A stretch of 64,000 bases of DNA from Fimbriosthenelais zetlandica (taxonomy: Eukaryota), in the NCBI GenBank assembly GCA_977030845.1, contig OZ365115.1, positions 5,952,001 through 6,016,000 on the forward strand. The letters are read 5' to 3'. The notes below the pieces were generated by a model, which was not told the DNA's origin, searched no databases, and saw only the letters and a program-made list of their open reading frames with translations. Numbering within the stretch: the first letter of the stretch is position 1; each line of letters begins with the position of its first letter. Shown here one piece after another: positions 61,050 through 64,000 of this stretch. The position numbers were made by a program, and so were the translations under genes.

Positions 61050-64000
61050 CTGAACAGGATGGTCACGTTGAATCACATATACAGCATTCTCACATTATAA
61101 AGTGGCTCCTGGTTTGCCCTCACCCTGCTGTTCTCATTTCAAGCCGCCAACGACATGTCCAATTATTGTCTTGTATGACAGTATAGCTGGTGCTTCCCCC
61201 AGTTTGAGGTCAGACAATGATTGGAGATGGGAGGTTGGGAGGTGACACGTGGCCCAGTGCCACCTGTCACCCAGGTGGAGGTCAATGGCTGCACCTTCTC
61301 TAAGTTCCTGTCACAGGGCAGAGGACAATTTGCCCTCCCTGTTTGCCAATATGACCTGTAATGGTACAGGCGGCTTGTGGTGGAAACTTAACCAATTGTT
61401 GGCACTGCCAACGAGGCTCTTTAGCATATATGCGTCCGGCTTATCATGTGTTCTCTTACTTCCTTCGATTATGCTTTATGTGGAATCTGAGGGTTCTCTA
61501 TTTTGGAACTTGTAAACCCCAATTATTTACATGAATTAATGCTCTGCTTTTGCGAATACAGAAAGTGTAATTCAATGATATCTATTATGGTCTATATAGC
61601 TTCTGAAATACATAAGCCAATATAGATGTGTTTGACGATAGGTGAAGTTAAATGGCTGGAGACTGATGCCCACTGATTCAACTGTCAATTATAGGGTCCT
61701 GAGCCCATAAGTGACATGCTGTCACACTCAATGAGTGAAATATCATTTCTCTCCCAATACTCCACTTACACTGCTCAGATTGTAATAGTTCCATAGACAT
61801 GCAGATAAGACTCATCCTCGAGTCATGAAATGGTTAAATTAGATACCTCTCTAAGGCAAAATTGCAATGTTCCAGTTCCAGGTCTGAGGTATATAGAATT
61901 GCTTGGGATCCGGTTTGACCAGCTTCACATTTCTGAAGAATATTCAAGACAGGCAGTTGCGAAATGATTCTAATTAAAGGGACTACATTTTTCCTACAAC
62001 TACAGGTATGGCCTCAGGATATGCCTATGATAGCCAGGGCAATAATAATTCAGGGAAAACCTGGTTTACTAAGGGAGGCCAGAATCAATGTAAGAAATAG
62101 GTCCAACCATTGTGAGATCAATACATGTTCAACCTTACTAAAGGGGAATTTACACTGTCGTTACGGCTGACACTGGGCACATTTTGGGGCGATTTTAGAA
62201 AACGAAGATCATTCAAAACATCGTTTGATTCCTCGGGAGTTTACAAGAACAATATAAAGCAAGATTTGATGCCACTAAATATAGACCTGTATGCATTGGA
62301 ACGAGTCATACATACTTTTTGAATTCTTATTTAGGTTCTTAAAAAGTCAGATTGGAAGGAAAATGTATATTTCTTTTTCAGACGCGGTGGGGTGCAAATT
62401 GTAGCCATTTCAGCTGGAGTATTGCAATCTGAAACTGAGCAAAAGTGTGAACTCCCCTTAAGCAGGTGCTCAGCCAACACCCGAGTTACCAATATACACA
62501 TACAAGGAGAGCAGCAGCTCTCCTCAGTCTCCTGTGGTAATTGGATGGGGACACGAGGCCTGGTCATCACATGGTCAATGGGAACTGGGGTACTCATTGT
62601 CAGAATGTCCAGCAGACACTCTCAAGTGGACATTCTCAACCTCACAACCTATTCCACCTTCTACTCCAGCATTGGCAAAATTAAGCGATATCATATAAAA
62701 TAGGATCAACATAATAATATAGTCTTGAATAGATATATTATATGTATGTATTGTCATTCCAGCTGAAACTTGTGTGGCTGTCAAAGAAATGATAATATTA
62801 GTAATACAATGTGTTAAATATTCAAAACATTGGCGGATAATAATGAAGGCTATAGCCTTAAATATTTTCAACAGGGGATGCATAAGGAGTCCTGACGCCA
62901 CTATCATTGTCAAGCTTTAATGCACCAAGTTTCTTCCCTTAAAGAAAAAAATCCCAATCTTTCAGTGCATGCATCTTCAAATTAGTGAAAGAGCACCATA
63001 TTCAATGCACATGAAAACTTTTCTTGAAAATCTGAAGGACATTTCCTTTTTCTGTTGGCTGAGAACACAAACCTTAATGCGAAGGCGCGGCAGTTTTTCT
63101 TTCGGTAGAACGTTTTTATTCTGGCGGCTTGTAACGAAGAACTTTACTCAGCCAATCACCTGAAGACCTAAAGCTAAAAAGTAAAGATGATGTACATTCC
63201 AAACAGCGGGGAAAGCAGCAGATATAAAACGACTAGATAAGTTAATGTCCATTATGGGACAAACGTATTTGTGGCGTTTTACTTGCTTCTATCACTCCTC
63301 CTGCCGCATGATTCTACATAGTTTTCCACATAACTTTCATTTTCTATTATTTAGCCAATTATATATCCATATCAATGTCAGACAAAAAGACAGCAAAGGA
63401 CGAACAGCCATTCTCAAGTTCTCCAGACGAAAGGCTGATATCCACTGATCTCAAACAATGTATATCTGACTATCTCTTATCTTTTTAGGGATTGTTTCTC
63501 CTAACAAGATTTTTTGCTGCTCTTCCAATAGTTGGCATGTCTTCAAAGCATTGACATTGTCTATAGTAGCTAGGAGGAATCCAACGTTCAGATGATACTG
63601 TGACCCATAGTAATGCATTTTTATTATTTTGCTTCAGAGTTCAGGCTGTTTCCATTCATATGGGTAGTTTTCTGGTAGGCCATTGGCCAGATCCAAAGAG
63701 AAACATAACATTTCGCCAGTCGTAATATATGTATGAACTGCAACTTCTGACTTATGCCAGTCCCACAAAATAGTGGAAGTTACAGGAACATCTATTCTGG
63801 GAGAGCAATATTGAGTTGCCCTCAGTGGAAAATCTTATTTTCAAATGAAATGCCTAGGTCAACAGCAAAGCTTGGAGAGAGACACCTTCCCAGTGGCAGC
63901 TGTAAACACCTCCAACAAATGTGAGTGCTGCACCAACAGAACAGGCATTTGACCAAAGTTAAAAACGCTAATTGAACTAGGTTGATCGAGGCCCGCGTTC

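Noticed and set aside
1-64000. CRISPR arrays, rRNA, operon-like or prokaryotic systems
   Set aside because: No regularly spaced repeats or rRNA motifs seen; the spliceosomal gene structure shows the DNA is eukaryotic.

Overview
Eukaryotic, intron-rich animal DNA (about 39% GC by my estimate; probably a marine invertebrate, which is inference). One protein-coding gene can be fully reconstructed, on the minus strand: a nicotinic acetylcholine receptor alpha-type (Cys-loop) subunit, alpha9/alpha10-like in sequence and exon layout. CDS = join of 43585-43534, 40925-40279, 27703-27659, 27039-26930, 26138-25600 and 25395-24944 (1845 nt, 614 aa plus stop). All five introns are GT-AG and all phases are compatible. 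Three of the six exons (52, 45 and 110 nt) are absent from the supplied ORF track and were found by reading splice sites. The main surprise is exon 2: 647 nt against about 146 nt in CHRNA9. It places a 144-aa Ser/Thr/Pro-rich, Cys-free segment, ending in an acidic patch and an RTKR furin-type site, between the signal peptide and the ligand-binding domain, so the subunit looks like a pro-receptor. The subunit also lacks two acetylcholine aromatic-box residues (loop A Tyr to Asn, loop D Trp to Ala) while keeping loop C Y-x-CC-x-x-x-Y, and it has an unusual Asn2'/Glu4' in M2. The rest is intronic or intergenic DNA: a tRNA-derived SINE, a MITE, local duplications, CT-rich tracts, faint transposon fossils, a strongly over-represented TAGGCCTA palindrome and a promoter-like CCAAT/E-box cluster in intron 2. 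I found no CRISPR arrays, rRNA or intact transposons.
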